From the NCBI GenBank assembly GCA_951406725.2, contig OX597818.1, positions 118,110,001 through 118,174,000 of the forward strand: a stretch of 64,000 nt of DNA, given 5' to 3'. The stretch comes from Octopus vulgaris. Taxonomy: Eukaryota. The notes under the pieces were generated by a model, which saw nothing but the letters and a program-made list of their open reading frames with translations, was not told where the DNA came from and ran no database searches. Shown here piece by piece: positions 39,819 through 53,491 of the stretch. The translations under genes and the position numbers were made by a program. The stretch's first letter is position 1. Every line of letters begins with the position of its first letter.

Positions 39819-40338
39819 CTAAACTAGCAGATTCCTGCAGCAGTTTACCAAATATTCAAACATGTTTCGTCTTTCACTGTCGATGCACTCATGTACGCTA
39901 ATCAGCCCACGTCTACACTTAGCTCCCTCCATGTGGAGACTGTGTATACTTGCCTGAGGGTGGAACGCACCATGCATTTTCCTTGTCTTTCGCGTAGTGC
40001 GATTGAGTTGGCCAATCTCCGCTTGTATCCATCTTTTGATGGGTGTACTATAGTGGACTACAGCAACAGTCCATATGTTGATGACAATCACAAGCTTCCT
40101 TGAGCTTAGCTTTGATTTCAAGGAAAGTTTGAGTCCCTTGAAATATGTAGTGATGAGCTTGTCTTTCATTTCTCTGTTCAAGATATTGTCCAGCTCCATG
40201 ATAACCAAGGTACTTGTATCCATCATCATTCGGATCTTCCATTCTCTCTCCGTTTGGCAATTCTATGCCCCTACAAATTAATCTTTTCTCCTGCTTCAAA
40301 GAAAGCACCGTACACTTCGAGATACCGAATTCCACCCA
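39819..40338 (-). pseudogene. Decayed RLE-type non-LTR retrotransposon fragment (RT end/thumb)
   Basis: EFGISKC..DDGYKYLG, a frameshift, then LKSKLSSRKLVIVINIWTVAVVHYS..LNRTTRK..HGAFHPQAS..RRGLIS; homologous to the 24149 ORF. Confidence 0.85.
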
Positions 40339-40419
40339 AGCGAATTATTAAATCCCTGTAAACGAAGACTGGTCGGTGGAGTGACGAATTGGAGATTTCC
40401 ATTCTCTCTCTTATCCTTG

Positions 40420-40495
<76 letters not shown>

Positions 40496-40571
40496 GTAAA
40501 CGCTTTAACTGTTCTCGTTCTGGTAACGGCTAAGCGGTCAGGCGAGTATACTTGGCATTGATGTGACCACA

Positions 40572-40954
40572 TCTCTCTCTATATAAACGGCAGTTTGTCT
40601 GTGTGTGTTTCTGTGTGTCTGTTTGGTTGTACCCTCACTCTGACCACGGCTCTCAACCGATTCTGATGAAACTTGACACACACATAGCCCAATGTCATAA
40701 TTCAAAACTAACGCAGCGAAAATTTTGAAAAGTTCCCCCAGTTCTGAAAAAGATCGATGAATTCGACATGGGGTCGACAATCAGAAACACAAACCACAGA
40801 TGGTCTAGTAGACGCAACTCGACCTTTTTAACTATCAAAAAAATTTACCATCATTTTTTTCCCATTTTTTTGCTATTTTTTGGCTATAACTCTCTAAAAA
40901 TGCTTTATAGTTATTTCCCTTACAAACTCGAGCAACGCCGGGCGATACTGCTAG
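40572..40954 (+). mobile_element. Non-autonomous Helitron
   Basis: a|TCTCTCTCTATATAA..CTCGAGCAACGCCGGG hairpin..CTAG|t, inserted at an AT site. Confidence 0.85.
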
Positions 40955-40974
40955 TTTGAAATATCGTCTAGGTA

Positions 40975-41047
40975 AATGCAGCTGATGAAAACTGGTCAGA
41001 TTTACTTTGACAAACGTATTTGAAGAGTCAGAAACCGGTTCTGTATT
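40975..41047 (+). ncRNA. Minimal type I hammerhead motif, canonical core
   Basis: AATGCAG-CTGATGA-(extended imperfect stem II)-GAAA-CCGG-TT-CTGTATT; 7-bp stem I with one G-U pair. Confidence 0.65.
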
Positions 41048-41685
41048 ATCCGATTCTGGGTTGTCCATTTATCGAATGTTCTTCCTAGAGGTTAGACGAA
41101 TGTTTCATGCTTATTGCACTCACACGTCTTTGCCAGTATATACGCAGTGAAGCTTTACTATAGCGTCGTATATGTATCGACTGCTAAATCCACTAAATAT
41201 TTGTGCATTGTTGTACCACTAATCTGCATTTATATTTATATTTATATATATATGTGTGGGTGTATGCGCCAAAACCAATATACATGCAGACATACACATA
41301 CATACACATACACATGAATATATAACTCTGTGCGTGTGAGTGTGATGTTGCTTCTATTTCAACTTTCCCTGAATGTCCATAAAATTCATTACAGTGCATC
41401 CAACTCGACTGTGGGAAAGATAACAGAGTATATTTCAATACATGTATTTGTGACCAAATATAAAATTATCCAATCTTAACAACATTAAAATCAGCTTGCA
41501 TCAAACAAACAACGTGTTCCTACAATTGTATAAACGTTTATGCAGAGACACAACTATTTGCAAGTGTGTATCAGTCTCTATATATTATGGTATTTCCATT
41601 ACGAAAGACAATAAAAATCTGAACAGATTATATATACATATGTTTGTGTGAGTGTGTGTGTGTGTGTGCGCGCGGGATGTACGTG

Positions 41686-41761
<76 letters not shown>

Positions 41762-41804
41762 TATGTGTCTCTCTCTCTCTCTATGGAGATATATATATAT
41801 AGAT

Positions 41805-41837
<33 letters not shown>

Positions 41838-42339
41838 GAGATAGATATATAGATAGATAGATAGGTAGATAGATGGATAGATAGATAGATACTTAGATAG
41901 ATAGATAGATAGATAGATATCTAAATACATACATACATACATGTATGCACAAAGTAAGACAGCAGGCAGTGATAAAATAAAATAAAAAACTGGTTATGTA
42001 CAAATGCAACAAGAGATTTATAAATTTGTTTTCTCAGTTGTGTGCCCAGCATGGAAAATACACAGCTGTGTCAGGATAAATTCGAGTTTTTAACAATTTT
42101 TATGAAATAAAGAAAACACAGAATCTCGAATCTGAAAGAAGTATATGACCACATGGCTCTGAAAGATCTGACAACTGAGGTGGAATTATACACGCACACC
42201 CTCCACCACACACACACACACACACACTCACACTCACACACACACACAATTTCCTCAGATCTTTCGTAGCAATGTATACGTGTGTTAGGAATGTGGGTGC
42301 GAGTCGAGTGGATATGGGTGTATTGGTCTATGGCATATG

Positions 42340-42403
<64 letters not shown>

Positions 42404-42416
42404 TATATATATATAA

Positions 42417-42447
<31 letters not shown>

Positions 42448-42696
42448 CGTATGTGTGTACGCATGTATGGATATATATATGTATAAGTGGGGGATGTTAC
42501 TGTGTATGCCTGTCCTTGCGTTTGCATTTTAGTTTACTTGCAGAAGCAAGCATGCACATGCATACATATGTCTGTGTATGTGCACGCGCGCGAGTGGGTG
42601 TGTGCTCGCGCGTTTGAGTGTCTATATGTGGGTGTGTATAGCTATATCTATGTATGGATGTTTTTCCATTTACATATATACATACATATATGTATG

Positions 42697-42734
<38 letters not shown>

Positions 42735-42740
<6 letters not shown>

Positions 42741-42963
42741 TAAATTAGAGACAAAACCACTATTAGGCAAATCATACAATGAAAAACTTAAGCCAATACA
42801 TAAGATTATTTAATTTATATTATTTAAATATATAACAAAATTATTTAAAAAAATATAATTAATATAACACTACGATCGTTTCATGGCTGTTAATTTCTTT
42901 AAATTTTCGACTTACAGTCATTCATCAGGTCGTTTAAATATTTATCTTGGCGAGGTTTAAACA

Positions 42964-42965
<2 letters not shown>
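42735..42965 (-). mobile_element. Second copy of the 35664 family with hammerhead (42866-42933)
   Basis: Minus strand reads AC-CTGATGA-ATGACTGT..ACAGCCAT-GAAA-CGATCG-TA-GT. Flanked by (TA)n. Confidence 0.7.
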
Positions 42966-42994
<29 letters not shown>

Positions 42995-43515
42995 ACGGGA
43001 AGCTTTATGAAAATAAACAAAAGACGAAGGCAGGTGGAAAACAAACGAACAATTGTATTAGTATGGCGCTCAGGAAATATAAATAAAACAAATCTTTAAC
43101 GTGTATATATATATATATATATACACGACAAGAAATAGTAACAATTTTTTGTCTCAATTTATGGAAACAAAATGGTTTATAGGACTGGAAGTAAGAAGTG
43201 TTAAACTGTAAGATAAACAGAAATAAAGAAACATTGACCACAGAACAAACATGAAATTCGTGCCAACGACTTTATATATAAGACCGTAGCTCCAAACATT
43301 TTACCTGTATATATAAAAGGCAGGATGCGTGTGTGCACGTTAATGTATGTTATGCACGTCCAGAAATTAGCACGCATATCGCTACAATTTTAGGAGGATA
43401 TTCGTTATGACCTAGATGTATTTTCGTCAAATTATTTTACTCAGAGGCACCAGCGAATATAGCAGTAAAATAAATTTTCAACCAAAACTTTTAACAATTC
43501 TCAAGTCGAAAAAAT

Positions 43516-44290
43516 CGGCGGAATTTGAACTCAGAACGTAGCGGCAGAAGAAATACGTATTTCTTTAGTACTCACAAGGGCCTAAACACAGAGTGGACAA
43601 ACAATGACAGACAAACGGATTAAGTCGATTACATCGACACCAGTGCATACCTGGTACTTAGTTTATCGACCCCGAAAGGATGAAAGACAAAGTCGAAGAA
43701 ATCGGCGAAATTTGAACTCAGAATGTAAAGACAGACGAAATACTTTGTCGACTTTGCTTTCATCCTTTCGGGGTCGATTTCAAAAAGTACCAGCTACGCA
43801 CTGGTGCCGATATAATGGACTTAATCTGTTTGTCTGTCCTTGTCTGTCCTCTCTGTGTTTAGTTCCTAATGGGTAGTAAAGAAATCGATATTTCGTCTGT
43901 CGCTAGGTTCTATGTTCAAATTCTGTCGAGGTCGATATTACCTTTCATCCTTTCGGGATCGATAAATTAAGTACCATTTGAGAACTGGAGTTGATATAAT
44001 CGACTAGCCCCTATTCCCAAAATGTAAGGCCTTGTGCCTTTAGTAGAAAAGATTATTATTTGAATTAATATAATGCAGCGATCTGGCAGAATCGTGCGCA
44101 AGCTGGACAAGTTTCTTAGCGACATTTCTTCTGTCTATGCGGACATAGTTCAAATTCCGCCGAAGTTGACTTTGCCTTTCATCCTTCCGGGGTCGACAAG
44201 ATAAATGACAGAAAAATACTGGGTCTAATTAATCGATTAATATCTTCACCTGAAATTACTGGTACTGTACCACAATTTGAAACCATTACT
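43516..44290. mobile_element. Cluster of SINE family B units in both orientations
   Basis: Minus units at 43516-43742 abut plus units at 43744-44045; a further copy at about 44075-44290. Confidence 0.85.
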
Positions 44291-44865
44291 AGGATAAATA
44301 TTTTTTATGAAGTACAAACAAACAATATGACTTCCAGATATAACTTAACTTTAAAATAAAATTATTGCTAAAGAATGTACCAGACAATTGTAGATTTGAA
44401 ATGCTAACATAAGTAAAAGTTTTAGTACCACTAAAGTATAAATGTACGTCTGTATAAGAATAAGCAGGTTTCTAGAAATAGCAGCTTTGTATATTTAAAT
44501 GTTATTCTTTATTGTTTTAGAATACGAACTCAAATTACTTATTTTGTCCTTACGTGTAGTTTTGGCTGCGAAAGGAATAACATATTTGTAAAAATATTGA
44601 ATGTGATGTTTAGGACGACAATTAGCTCCAGCAGACGTCTTTTACATCGTTGCAGCTCCGGGGTAAAGCAACAACTGAAATAAATGTTAGATGCAGGAGA
44701 TCTAGTTTGTAATTAGAAATTACAATCGCTTGAGGACTGCAAGCTAATTTCCGTGTTTTAATGCACAAACTAATTCTCAAATATATCTTTTATCAATCTC
44801 TCTCTTTCTCTATCTTTTCATATTTCTCTCTCTCTCTCTCTTTCTCTCTCTCTATCTCTCTCTCT

Positions 44866-44933
<68 letters not shown>

Positions 44934-45058
44934 TACATATATATACATATATACATATATATATATATAAATATATACATATATATATATATATATAAAT
45001 TTATACATATATATATATAAATTTATACATGAATATATATATATATATAAATTTATAC

Positions 45059-45088
<30 letters not shown>

Positions 45089-45090
<2 letters not shown>

Positions 45091-46665
45091 TATCAGGCAT
45101 ACCCGGCGTTGCTCGCGATTAAGTAGTATAATTAGTGAGTTTCGAAATCCACCAATTGTGATACTTCACTGCTCCTTGATGGTAGAGTCTCCCTTTCAAA
45201 CTATATATATGGTAGACTCCTATTTCATATGGGGAAACGAATGTATATATCAAAGGAAGACAGTATCGATATAACTTTGAATTTCTCAATCTACTTTGTT
45301 CACTACAGAACAATATCTCTATTTTCTGCAGGCTCATTTGATATTGAAATTGCACCTTCAACCCCTGTTGGTGCATTAAAACGTCGAACATGTTCTCTTC
45401 TGGCATGCTTATTTTCCCGACGTGGATGGGAAATTTGACCTTGGATTCTTACAGATGGATTCCAATTTTGTACAGGTGCATCTTTGTGACCGAAGCTGGT
45501 CATTGTAAACAGAGTTTTGTACTCCCTTAGCCTTGACCCCCAGTGAACATTTCTTGACATAACTGAGGCGGAGTGGAAATGGATCCAGTGTAACATTTCT
45601 CCTTCCACAGGGCATTCGTGGTGATTTTGCAGTAAATTTCTTAGCACCGCACTGAAAAAGTTTAGTCCATATTTGACATACAGTAACTCAGAACGTTTAG
45701 CATTTTGAATTGTCTTAAATTTTGATACCTGTTTCTATCATTAATCAAACGCTGCTGTCTCTTTTCTTCACATTCATTTGTTCTTGCAATCATATGGCGA
45801 AATTTATCAGCAAACAAATGCTGTTACCTCTCCTCTTCAGGCTCCGTTCTTCTTGCAAGTATATGGCGAAATATATCTTGCTCCTGTCTTTGTTGACGCT
45901 CACCAGAGGTTTCATTTTATCGAGACTCTGTTTGCCTCCGTCTTTGTCTAAAAAGTCCTTCGTCCCTTACATCACAGCTTTCAGATTGGCGAGACTCTCT
46001 TTGTCTCCTGCTTTGCCTAGAAATTCGTTCCTCCCTCGTACCATTGCTTTGAGATTGACGACGAAACTTCAGCCTATGTGCATGTGGAGTATTTGTATAA
46101 AGCGACTTCCTTTTGCGAGCTATAACGGGTGTCTGAAGAAAAATTAATAAAAAGAAAAATTAAAAATGTAGAGGCATTCACCAATAAATTTTCTTGCCAT
46201 AATTCTGGTGATGTTTTGTCATATAGAAAATATGTAAATTTGTATATTTTTTGTAAAAAAGAAAAGAATATTTTTGTTGTTTTACGTTTAATAAATACAA
46301 ATAAAACGTGATAACAGAGGTTCAAATACTCAAGTTATGAGCTTCCAAAACTAGCAGTATAAGGAGGTTTAGCCCCCATTAGGGTGTCTTAATATTATTG
46401 AAACTGGATGATATTTTGGGAATATACATCATCTCTGTCCATTTACCTATAGTTTCAATTTCAATTAAATGAATGGGAAAAAATGTTTCATTTGGAATGG
46501 GGAGTGTCCCCCCTCCCCGGGAGACATCCTTCATTGAAATGGAATATACTTATCCATACACCCTGGTTAATGTAGTTTCAGAACATATTTTGTTATGGGT
46601 GTCTATCTCCAAAGCCCAAGCAGGAGTTCGATCACAAACAAACGGACAGTCTACAACTTTATATG
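45089..46665 (-). mobile_element. Internally deleted Helitron with decayed RepHel N-terminal coding
   Basis: The 3' end reads CGAGCAACGCCGGGTATGCCTGATAG on the minus strand. Charged R..E..EER repeats at about 45730-46065, and LREYKTLFTMTSFG..PSVRIQGQISH resembles the Helitron YN..F.MTSFG..IQGQ..H motif. Confidence 0.8.
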
Positions 46666-47892
46666 TATATGTGAGTGTGTGTGTGTGCTAAAATATATAT
46701 ACTTACACACACACATGCACACATGTACGCACATAGAAAGAGAGAGATTTAATGACTGTGATTTTTGCTATATGATTTTAAAAACCTTGTTTTCTGTCTA
46801 AAATGGGTTCCGAATCTTGGCCAATGTTCGAAGATATAAGTAAAGCACCTTCAAGTTATATTGCATTGATTTTCTTGATAATTATATCATCGGGTACATT
46901 ACCTGAATGTCGAATAAGGAAAGTATCCAAAAATCTATATTCGACGTTATATTTGATGGAAAGAGTCAAAAATTGATATCTATTTATCGAAACAACTATC
47001 TTCAGTAGCTTAACTAACTCCGGTAATATTTGCACTTAAAACTTAAATGGACAACACTAAATATTCCTAAATATTTAATCCAATACTACACTGTTTCAGC
47101 CGTTCATTTCCTCAGTATTTATTTGCCATATTATGTTACTAAGCATATACTAAATAGAACGGAAATGTGTGCTGAAAATATGTTTGTATACGTATGTGTT
47201 TGTGTGTGTCCATGTTCAAAAAGAGAAAGCCAAACCAGAAAAATAAAATTATACGCCAAAGTCTAAAGAGATCGAGAGGAAGCCTAAAAAGTGTGTTGTG
47301 GGTACAGTGGGTTATATATAACGATACATGAAAAATGAATAATAAGATGACAATAAATTATACGGAAGAATCATTATAGGTTACAGATATACGCACTTCA
47401 AAGATATATCACGCGCGAGACTCTTTTAAATACAATTGTTATAATGATACACATTACTAAATATGTGATAATCACGGTAATTACCATTTGGGAGTAGGTT
47501 TGTTTACCTTTTAACATAAGCGTTTTCTGCCCTTTTAAATTGAGGTTCTTTTTAAATCTCCAACATCAAATTTTTTATTGTTGTTATGTTTGTCTTTTCA
47601 ACTACGTGATATTCGATTAAGTAATATGAATTAAAATAAAAAGAAAATTTAGCAACATAGAATTTCAATAAATACAAGCATATATCATACGTAAGAATAC
47701 ACTGATGCACCAATATACGCATGTGTGTAAAAGTAGAAAAACTGGTAACAAAAAAACCCAGAAGTTTATACATAAAAATGTATAGCAGAAACAAATATCT
47801 CTCGTAGTTATATAAAATCAAGAAATAAAAACGTAATTAAATGTTTATGCCATATTATATGCTCCAGTACTTATATGCTCCAGTATCTACAA

Positions 47893-48120
47893 GTACTTTC
47901 TTTTACTTGTTTCAGTCATTTGACTGCGGCCATCCTGGAGCAACGACTTTAGTTGAGCAAATCGACCCCAGGACTTACTCTTTATAAGCTTAACGCCTAT
48001 TCTACCAGTGCCTTTTCTCGAACCGTTAGCTTACGGGGACGTAAACACGCCAACATCTATTGCCAAACGATGCTGGGACGACAAACACAGAACACAAACA
48101 CACCCACATACACACACATT
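47893..48120 (-). mobile_element. SINE family C, 3' half (split by PLE insertion)
   Basis: cttttacttgtttcagtcatttgactgcggcc..acaaacacag. Confidence 0.88.
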
Positions 48121-48154
48121 TATATAATTTAAATATATATATATATTTGATATA

Positions 48155-49188
48155 CCTATGGGCTCTAGTGACTCGGCGGAGATGACGAATCTGGTGGGAG
48201 CATACTTATTAAAATGCATAAACAGAGATATCCCAGAATTACAAGGTGGTCTATATAGGGATGATGCTTTGTTTGTTGTACCTAACAATAATAAATCAAG
48301 TACTGAGAGGATAAAAAAGAAAATTAGCAAATTTTTCAAAGATTTTAACCTAGGCATTACTTTTGAACCTAACACTAAGATAGTTAATTTCCTAGACGTT
48401 ACCGTAGACCTAAATTCAAAGTTACATTACCCATTTAGAAAGGAGGGCGAAGTCACTAGATATGTAAGTAAGTCACCTAATCACCACCCCCCGAATATAC
48501 TAAAATCATTAGTTAAAAATATTTCTCAAAGAATTTCAAAATTATCATCAAATAGTGAAATCTTTAACTCTCACTCTAACCATTACAATATCGCATTATC
48601 CAAGGCTAGATATGACCAGGAAATCACCTTCCTTAATATATATAGCTCAAAATCTCCTAAATAATATAGTGAATGTAAATGACGTAAGTAATATAAACTC
48701 TCATACCCTACATATACATAAATTAATAGAGAAAAAGAACCTAGTGTATAAACCTAATTATAGGAATAAATAGTAAACAGATCATAAAGGAATATGAAAA
48801 TGCTAACCTAGATAAACCCGATAGACATAAAAATAGTACTAAAAGGAATATTAATTCTCGTACGAATACTGATAACACTAATCCTTCCCACTCTTACTTA
48901 AAAAAAAATATAAAAGAGAAAATATCATTTGGCTAAATAGCCCCTTTAATTCGGCGATCTCGACGAATGTATACAGTAGATTTAAATCTATACTGGAAAA
49001 AAAATTCCCAGCCTCCCATAAATATCATAAAATAATTTCTAGGAGATCAGTAAGAATTTCATATTCCACTCTCCCAAACATGGTTACCATAATAGCTAGA
49101 CTTGATAGTAAAAACATTAAGTTAGCCAGGAGTAGAATAAATAGTAACAACAATGATAGTAATAATAATTGTAATACTAGCATTAACA

Positions 49189-49254
<66 letters not shown>

Positions 49255-49286
49255 GTAATAAAAATAATATTAATAATGATGATGAC

Positions 49287-49368
<82 letters not shown>

Positions 49369-50019
49369 TTGATGTAAATAGTGATAATAACAATACCATT
49401 AATATAGGTAGTATAGATAAAAGTATGGTAGGTGATGATGGTGAGGATGGATTAATAACTAGTAACCCTAATTTGCATAACAACGTGATTACTAATAATG
49501 AAAATAATACTAATACTAATAATAATCTAAATAACAGTAATGTAAGTGAACTGTCCTTAAATAATTCCAGTATTGGACACTATCCCCCCCCAGTTGTAAT
49601 TGTAGGATTAGATCTAAATGTCCGGTATCTGGTCGTTGTTCGGTCCAAAACGTAAGTTATAAATGCACGATAATAACTTCTAGCAATAGCTTTCTTTATT
49701 TCGGTTGTTCGGTGGATCTTAAAAGACGTCTTAATAACCATTTTTCCTCTTTTAGGCTCAAACATAAGGCAGGTTGCACAACACTATCTAGCAAAATTTG
49801 GGAACTAAAAACAAATAATATAGAATTCAACCTAAATGGGTTATAGTTAGAAGGGCGCAACCTTATAGAAATAGTAGGGATGGTTGTCAACTTTGTTCTA
49901 TGGAAACTTATGAAATTTTAAAACATCAGAGTAATACAAATCTGGTGAATAACCGTCTGGAGTTGGGAATATCTTGTATACATTGCACAACCCGAACGCT
50001 TAAATACTTTCAACAATAA
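48155..50019 (+). pseudogene. Frameshifted PLE RT-endonuclease ORF with poly-Asn linker
   Basis: Segments 48158-48664, about 48915-49590 and 49592-50019. Frameshifts near the poly-C at 49584-49591 and at about 49835; stop TAA at 50017-50019. Confidence 0.85.
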
Positions 50020-50594
50020 TTTTGTGAGTATTCCTATATTTTTCAAATTTTAATTCTTTATAATCAAATAAGAAGAAATATACTATATTAAGCTTTCAAT
50101 TTAACATTCATAAATTACTAAAAAAACTTCACTGCAAACTTGAAGTTGAAATTTTTTTCTAAAATTAATAAGGCTTTAAAGTTAATAAGGCTTTCACCCA
50201 GTTAAAAAGTACTATGCCTACTCATAATAATAAGTGATAGGTTTTCCCCCTTTTTTTCTCTAAATTCCACTCTCTGTAAATGGGATTAGGATCATTTCAC
50301 ATTGACCTAGTTTCTTTCATCAAATAGTAGTAATTGGCATTTATTAGTGGCAATTGCTGTCTTCAACAGGAATTCCTTTTATGGAGTTCTGAAACCCCCT
50401 TTACCCCATTTCTACAATTTATTGCTTCTAACCTTACAGCAGACATGGAACAACCATATCTTAGTCAGTCAGTGGAAGAACTTCACAACCTCATATGTTC
50501 TTAAAATTTAAATCCACATCTTTGTCTGTATATCTACCTTCTCTATAATGTTGCCACTAGATTTGAAAATTTTTGTATTAATGGAAAACCTCTA

Positions 50595-50686
50595 TAATTG
50601 GCTGATGAGTACTCAGCATCTTAAATCTGTTGTAATATTACAACATTTAATAAAATGATGTAGTACGAAACGATCGTACCAAATTA
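50595..50686 (+). ncRNA. Minimal type I hammerhead ribozyme motif in the PLE 3' region
   Basis: TTGG-CTGATGA-GTACT..AGTAC-GAAA-CGATCG-TA-CCAA; stem II is extended by the hairpin TGTTGTAATATTACAACA. Confidence 0.8.
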
Positions 50687-50713
50687 CCGGAGTCATTCTT
50701 ATTGCTTATTTTG

Positions 50714-50760
<47 letters not shown>

Positions 50761-50762
<2 letters not shown>

Positions 50763-50925
50763 GGCGGGATTCTTTCAGTTTCCTTCTACCAAATCCACTG
50801 GCAAGAATTTTGTCGGCCCGAGGTTATACTAGAAAACATTTGCCCAAGGTGAAACGCAGTGGAACTGAACACGAAAACATGTGGTTGGTAAGCAAGCTAC
50901 CTACCACACAGCCACTCCTGAGCCT
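50761..50925 (-). mobile_element. SINE family C, 5' half (partner of 47893-48120)
   Basis: ttctttcagtttccttctaccaaatccac..ccacacagccactcctgagcct. Confidence 0.88.
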
Positions 50926-51286
50926 ATTAAAAACGAAACATTCATTACTTTTAAAAATGAACCCCCAACACATGTTCGTTCACTTGCCTTACCATTGTCA
51001 TCAATATTGAAAGAATATTTTCAATTCCTGTCACACCCATAACAATGATTCTCTTATTAACGGTTGCATTTATATTTCGGTCACATTTCATTGGCACTTG
51101 CAAAATGGTGACATTGGAGAACGCTCACTTATATATTTCGCTTGTTTCTTTTGGAGAGGCTCTGAAGTGATTATGTAAGTCTATTAAGATAGAGGATATT
51201 AAGTGTTTTCGTCGTCAGCAACACACTAAGATTGCATTAGTAAATATTGCATTCGTATTTCATATTTCTATAGCGTTTAAAGAAAT

Positions 51287-51930
51287 AAGGCGGCGAGCTG
51301 GCAGAAACGTTAAGCACGCCGGACGAAACGCTTAGCGGTATTTCATCCGCCGCTTCGTTCTGAGTTCCAATTCTGCCGAGGTCGACATTGCCTTTCGTCA
51401 TTTCGGGTTCGAACAATTAAGTACCTGTTACGTACTGGCGTCGATCTAATCTACTTAATCCGTTTGTCTGTCCTTGTTTGTCCTCTCTGTGTTTAGCCCC
51501 TTGTGGGTAGTAAAAATAGGTATTTCGTCTGTCGCTACGTTCTGAGTTCAAATTCCGACGAGGTTGACTTTCCCTTTCATCCTTTCGGGGTAGAGAAATT
51601 AAGTACCAGTTACGCACTGGGGTCGATGTAATCGACTTAACCTCTTTGTCTTCATCCATGTTTGTCCCCTCTATGTTTAGCTCCTTGTGGGCAATAAAGA
51701 AATAAGAAACGTTAGCACGCTGGGCCTAATACTAAGCGCTATTTCGTCTGTCTTTACGTTCTGAGTTCCAATTCCGTCGAGGTCGACATTGCCTTTCATA
51801 CTTTCGGGGTCGATAAACGTAGTACCAGTTGCATACTGGAGTCATTCTAATCGACTGACCTCCTTCTCCAAAATTCCAGGCCTTGTGCCAAGAGTAGAAA
51901 CGCATATTATTAAAGAAATAAGGCGGCGAG
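51287..51930 (+). mobile_element. SINE family B, multimer
   Basis: Head at 51287, repeat units from about 51338, 51520 and 51740. Confidence 0.9.
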
Positions 51931-52383
51931 TAAAGTATACTATTAAAGAATTTTTTTTTCAGATTTACAAGGTATTTGAAAGGAGAGGGTAAAATGGACA
52001 GATGTTGGGAAAACAGTATTTTACTAGAAACAATTCGATCCGTTATGATCATCTACTGATACGTCAAACTAGTAGTCTAGAAGGTTTAACGGTTCAACCA
52101 GTTTAAATGAAGGCATTACATATTTATATTAAATTTCGTGTATAAATATGAGTATTGAAACACAAAACTACACTCACGCGCGCGTGGGCACTGGCTTGCA
52201 TGACGAAGAGGCACGCACACATATCAATCAAACACTGTATCGCTTTATCCAAATAAACACACACAAACATATATATGCATATATACGTATGTGTGTGTGT
52301 TTGTGTGTGTGTATGTGCGTGTGTAGTTATCTATATTTGTTCATACATTTTTGCATACGTGTATATATACATATATGCACTTA

Positions 52384-52425
<42 letters not shown>

Positions 52426-52600
52426 CATACATATTTTTAGTGGTAGTTCATTAGATGTCTTAATATATAGGTTAGTTAAGCAGGCCTGTATGCACTTGAT
52501 TGCACGGTCGTATATTACGACGGTTGTGTTGTCTGTATAAACTAGCAAAATCTTAAACCACTGTCAACTGTGAAAGACCATCTGTTCCCAAAAACCGAAA

Positions 52601-52662
<62 letters not shown>

Positions 52663-53299
52663 AAACACAACAGCGACTCAAATACAGCCGCAGTCGTACA
52701 GGAGCATACTCTCATAATCAACCATATAAACACCCACATAACTTGAAAACGCGAACAAACACCAACACGAGGCAAGGCAAACACTAACATAAAATGATGC
52801 AGATTTTCTTATACAGAAACACATATGCGCTCACGTATAAACCGTATTCGCTACATTAAATAATCGAAAGCGTAGTTAAGAAAAATTATGAAAACACTCT
52901 TTAGCAAAAATAATTGAAATATCCTAAATTAAAATTCTCTAGCATCTGTTTTATAGACATAAGTATTTGTATTTGTTTTGTTGTTATTCTATGTTTGTGT
53001 TGTTTCTTTTAGCTTGCAGTCATGGGACTAGTGAAGAAAAACAGATTAAACACTTGCAGTCACATGACTTAGAGGCGTTAGACACGTATATCTCTCTGAC
53101 ATTTTCGACAGGATGTGTATGGCTTCGTTTGTGAGAAGTGATTATTACTATATACAGACATGCATATATATATATGTATGTGTGTGCGTGCGTGTGTCTG
53201 TACACACATATATATATATATATATATATTTATGTATGCATATGTGTGTATATATATATCTGTGTGTGTGTGTACATATATATATGCTTATACATATGC

Positions 53300-53345
<46 letters not shown>

Positions 53346-53458
53346 TATATATGCGTGTACATATGTATATATATTTGTGTGTGGGTCTCTGTAGGTGTGT
53401 GTGCCTGTGTAAGCGTATATACATATACATCTATAGATGAGTATGTACGTACACACAA

Positions 53459-53491
<33 letters not shown>

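Larger units (their letters stand above)
48147..50718 (+). mobile_element. 5'-truncated Penelope-like element, Hydra-clade-like (RT plus C-terminal GIY-YIG)
   Basis: PMGSSDSAE..LVG..GLYRDD..VNFLDVT..NHHPP; NIIWLNSPF..ISYSTLPNM; CNCRIRSKCP; YKC..YFG..KRRLNNH..TLSSKIWELK; CQLC..E..NNRLE..CIH. Ends in (TA)n. Confidence 0.88.

Noticed and set aside
40655-40680. CTGATGAAAC inside the Helitron
   Set aside because: No stem II or downstream GAAA; part of a common Helitron internal motif.
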